From assembly GCA_965237675.1 (NCBI GenBank), contig OZ250150.1, positions 4,864,001 to 4,928,000 on the forward strand: DNA of 64,000 nt. The letters run 5' to 3'. This DNA is from Candidatus Latescibacterota bacterium (lineage in GTDB: Bacteria > Latescibacterota > UBA2968 > GCA-2709665). Of this stretch, positions 61,018-64,000 are shown piece by piece; position 1 is the stretch's first letter; every line of letters starts with the position of its first letter. The position numbers and the translations under genes are program-made. The notes under the pieces are model-generated. The model had not been told where the DNA came from. It searched no databases and saw only the letters and a list, made by a program, of their open reading frames with translations.

Positions 61018-63405
61018 CTACTCAGCAGCCCCCATTCGATAACCCACGCCCGGCTCGTTGAAGATGTAAGTGGGATTGGCTGCGTCGTCTCCCAACTTGC
61101 GCCGGAGGCTCTTTAAAGCCGAGCGCAACGGCCTCGTATCCCGGCCACTTCTCTTGCGCCAGACCCTTTGCAACAGATGATCGTGCGTCAATATCACGCC
61201 AGCCTTGACCGAGAGTTCCACCAGCAGTCCGTACTCGATGACGGTCAGCCTTACCGGCCGGCCGTTAACGATAACTCGTCGCCTGGGGTAGTCAATGGTC
61301 AATCCTCCCATCACAAAGGGTTCCTCCGGCTCCTTCTGAACGGACGCCGTCGCCTTGCGCAGCGCCGCCCGGATTCTGGCCACCAGTTCCGTGTCAGAAA
61401 AGGGCTTGACTACGTAGTCGGCGGCGCCGGCTTCGAAGGCACGGGCAATGGCTTCGTCGTGGCCGTACGCGGAAAGAAAGACGACCGGCACGTCTGCGTC
61501 CTTTAAGATGGACTGCATAATCTCGATGCCGTCGGTCCCCGGCAGTACCAGGTCCAGCAAGACCAGTTGGGGGCGGTGCTCCTCCAGAAGCCTGGGCACT
61601 TCGTCCGGGTCGCCTGTCGCCACAAGAACGTAGCCGACCTTCGATAGGGCTTCCCGTACCTTCCGCAGCGTCTGCGGGTCGTCGTCCACAACCAGGATGG
61701 GCGTTCGCCCCTGCCGCCTGACGCGTACCCCTCCAGCGTTCGAATCCGGCGGACCGTGGGTCACGTACCCGGCGTCCTCGGCAACGGGAATGGTAAACGT
61801 GACGCGGGTTCCCCGACCCTCTCCGTCGCTCTCGGCCCATATCCGGCCCCCGTGGGCTTCCACGATTCCCTTGCAGATGGACAGGCCCCAGCCCGATCCC
61901 TCATCCTCGCCGGTCCGATCCTCGCCGTCGAACCGCACAATATTCCGAAACATGTGTGGCAGGCGCTCGGCGGACACTCCCCGTCCATGGTCGACAACCG
62001 AGAAGGCCACGTGCACCCCCTCCTGTGACACAGTTATACGCAGCAGCGAATTCCTGGGCGAATGGCTGTCGGCGTTCGAGAGAAGGTTCACGATCACCTG
62101 GTTGATGCGCCTCCGATCCGCGTTCACCGCCGGGAGTTCGGGCGCCAGCTCGATCCGGAGGTTGTTTCTGCCCCCTCCGCTCAGAAACGTGTTCCGGGCC
62201 TGGTCCACCAGACCGGTGACCTGCGTCGGTTCGAGAGTGACCTGCAGGATTCCCGTCCTGATGCGCGCGACGTCCAGCAGGTCGTTGACCAGGCCGCTCA
62301 TCTGATCGGCGTGCTGGTTGATGATGCGGAAGAACTGGACCATTTCGGCCCTGTCCAGAGCAAGGGTGTCGCCCAGCACGGTGGCAGCCGAACCCTTGAT
62401 CGCGGCCAGCGGCGCCCTCAGCTCGTGGCTTACGATGGCCAGGAAATCGGACCGCTGCCGTTCCAATTCCTCCAGGTGCGTCATGTCCTGCACCGTCACG
62501 ACGAGGGATTCCACGCCGCCGTCATCCGATCGGATAGGAGTCGCGTTGGCCAAAACGGTCACCCTGCGCCCGTCCGGACCTTCGACGACGATCTCCTCGG
62601 CCCGCACCGTCTCGCCGCTATTGAGCATCTTGGTCGCGGACAACTCTTCGAGAGAAAAATCTCGTCCGTCGGCGCGGCGGACCTTGATAGCATCGAGAAT
62701 ATCTTCAAGTGAACGATCCGGGATCCGCAAGCCATCCAGGATCCTAGCCGCCTCGCGGTTGAATGAGATGACCTCACCGGTGCTGGCCTCGAAGACCGCG
62801 ACGCCCACCTGCGAGGTCTTGACCAGCGCTTCCAGGTCCGCCCTCGCCCGCCGTTCGTCCCGGTATCGCCGCGCGTTGGTGATCACCAGTGCCGCCTGGG
62901 TTGCGAACAACACCAGCGTTTCTTCGTCTTCGGCGGTGAACTCCATGCCTCCTTCCTTCTCGGCCAGAAAGAAAGTCCCCACTCTCTCACCGCCGTGGCG
63001 GATCGGTGCGGCCAGAAAGGCAAGCGAGGGGCTAACGGGCATTGGCGGACGAAATTCCGGAAGGCCCAAAGTCCGTATATGGCTTTGCATGTCCCGCACC
63101 CGCAGTGGTTCCTCTATGAAACCGAAGTTTTCGAAGAGAACCTCATTCTCCGGCTTCCTCCAGATCCGTCTCGTTTGATTGGGAGTCAGTCCCGAGGCGA
63201 GGCAGTTCTGTACGCGTCCCCCGTCTTCCAACAGTGTCATCATCCCGTACGTCGCGTCGGTCAATGATCGCGCGCTGTCCAGGACGCCCTGAAGAACCGT
63301 CTTGAAGTCGAGGCTCTCGTTGATGCGCAGACACGCTTTGCCCATGCGGGACATGCGCTCTCGCAGCTCTTTGTTCTCCCGTTCAAGGTCCCTGCCTGGA
63401 TTCAT
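61018..63405 (-). CDS. Hybrid sensor kinase GAF-PAS-HisKA-HATPase-REC-OmpR wHTH
   Basis: SHELRAPL, NLLSNA, VVDHGRG, GWGLSICKGIVEAHGG, VDDDP..LLDL..KPF and NEPGVGYR motifs. Confidence 0.92.
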   Translation of the reverse strand: MNPGRDLERENKELRERMSRMGKACLRINESLDFKTVLQGVLDSARSLTDATYGMMTLLEDGGRVQNCLASGLTPNQTRRIWRKPENEVLFENFGFIEEPLRVRDMQSHIRTLGLPEFRPPMPVSPSLAFLAAPIRHGGERVGTFFLAEKEGGMEFTAEDEETLVLFATQAALVITNARRYRDERRARADLEALVKTSQVGVAVFEASTGEVISFNREAARILDGLRIPDRSLEDILDAIKVRRADGRDFSLEELSATKMLNSGETVRAEEIVVEGPDGRRVTVLANATPIRSDDGGVESLVVTVQDMTHLEELERQRSDFLAIVSHELRAPLAAIKGSAATVLGDTLALDRAEMVQFFRIINQHADQMSGLVNDLLDVARIRTGILQVTLEPTQVTGLVDQARNTFLSGGGRNNLRIELAPELPAVNADRRRINQVIVNLLSNADSHSPRNSLLRITVSQEGVHVAFSVVDHGRGVSAERLPHMFRNIVRFDGEDRTGEDEGSGWGLSICKGIVEAHGGRIWAESDGEGRGTRVTFTIPVAEDAGYVTHGPPDSNAGGVRVRRQGRTPILVVDDDPQTLRKVREALSKVGYVLVATGDPDEVPRLLEEHRPQLVLLDLVLPGTDGIEIMQSILKDADVPVVFLSAYGHDEAIARAFEAGAADYVVKPFSDTELVARIRAALRKATASVQKEPEEPFVMGGLTIDYPRRRVIVNGRPVRLTVIEYGLLVELSVKAGVILTHDHLLQRVWRKRSGRDTRPLRSALKSLRRKLGDDAANPTYIFNEPGVGYRMGAAE

Positions 63406-63746
63406 CTTTTTCTCCCACGTCAGCGGAAACGCTCCACGGATCTTGAGTCGTCAGGACGCGTGCCAGGAACTTTGCCGCGACAACCTCGTTGGTTTCCATA
63501 CATTCCGAAGAGGCGAAAATTCACCTATATATCACCTAAATGGAGTGATAATTCACTTCGATTTCACGCACAAATGTTTAAATTTAAGCTGGAAGTATGA
63601 GTCCGGCCTGGAGCGGTGAATTCAAAGTCTGCTCAAGCGTGGAAAATGCGTGAACATATTGTTTCGAGCAAACCGACGTTCGCCACAATAAGGTATAAAG
63701 ACCGCCTGTCCCGCATTTATTTGAAATGTAGGAAATCTCAATCGGT

Positions 63747-64000
63747 ATGTCAATTCGATCGAAACGGAGCCGTAAGAACCATACACCCGGCAGACGGGTA
63801 GAAATTCTCGTCGCCGACCCAGACCCCGAAGTCTGCGCCCGGCTTCGGAACATGCTCGAGATGCAGGCCGAGACATGGCACGTGGAAACCGTCGCGGACG
63901 GCAATGATGCGCTGAATCTCCTCTGCGATGGGTCCTTCGCCGTCGCCGTCCTGGACGTCTCCCTTCCCAATCTCACCGGCCTGGAAATTTTGCGCGCCGT
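63747..64000 (+). CDS. Response-regulator receiver domain protein (partial; not in the ORF track)
   Basis: MSIRSK..VEILVADPDP..VETVADGNDAL..AVAVLDVSLPNLTGLEILRA; open to the window end. Confidence 0.75.
   Translation, partial: MSIRSKRSRKNHTPGRRVEILVADPDPEVCARLRNMLEMQAETWHVETVADGNDALNLLCDGSFAVAVLDVSLPNLTGLEILRA

Overview
High-GC bacterial DNA. The gene content (signal-peptide WD40 proteins with EF-hand/dockerin-like tails, an LRR/GLUG giant, heparinase II/III, FlgD-type C-terminal domain) resembles sponge-associated Latescibacterota/Poribacteria-like symbionts; this is an inference, not a taxonomic assignment. 1-17.6 kb holds housekeeping and catabolic genes: rdgB, an Slt/TPR transglycosylase, an NRAMP-like transporter, a cyclase, an aldo-keto reductase, an MBL hydrolase, a GlmU-like protein, two heparinase II/III proteins, a DHDPS-family lyase and a DUF5069-like protein. 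17.6-53.3 kb is a co-oriented array of 12 paralogous secreted WD40 genes with 5-28 repeats. One is frameshifted, one is truncated by an IS3-like element, and a 3' stub of a 13th is present. The repeats share a conserved DNA scaffold with a few hypervariable positions and show block exchange between genes. The intergenic spacers are modular: a near-perfect SD (GAAAGGAGGTGAT), 24-25 codon micro-ORFs with synonymous-biased divergence, a conserved structured tail with an anti-SD-like motif, and phased TAATCACAGT boxes or ~71-bp tandem repeats. The right end has an LVIVD/PKD/Fn3 protein with an in-frame amber codon, a 2465-aa cohesin-like/dockerin/LRR/GLUG protein and a hybrid histidine kinase with an OmpR-type output domain. 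Best candidate for an undescribed system: a diversifying repertoire of dockerin-tagged WD40 binders with micro-peptide/leader cassettes. Repeat-rich regions are prone to misassembly, and all alignments here were done by eye.
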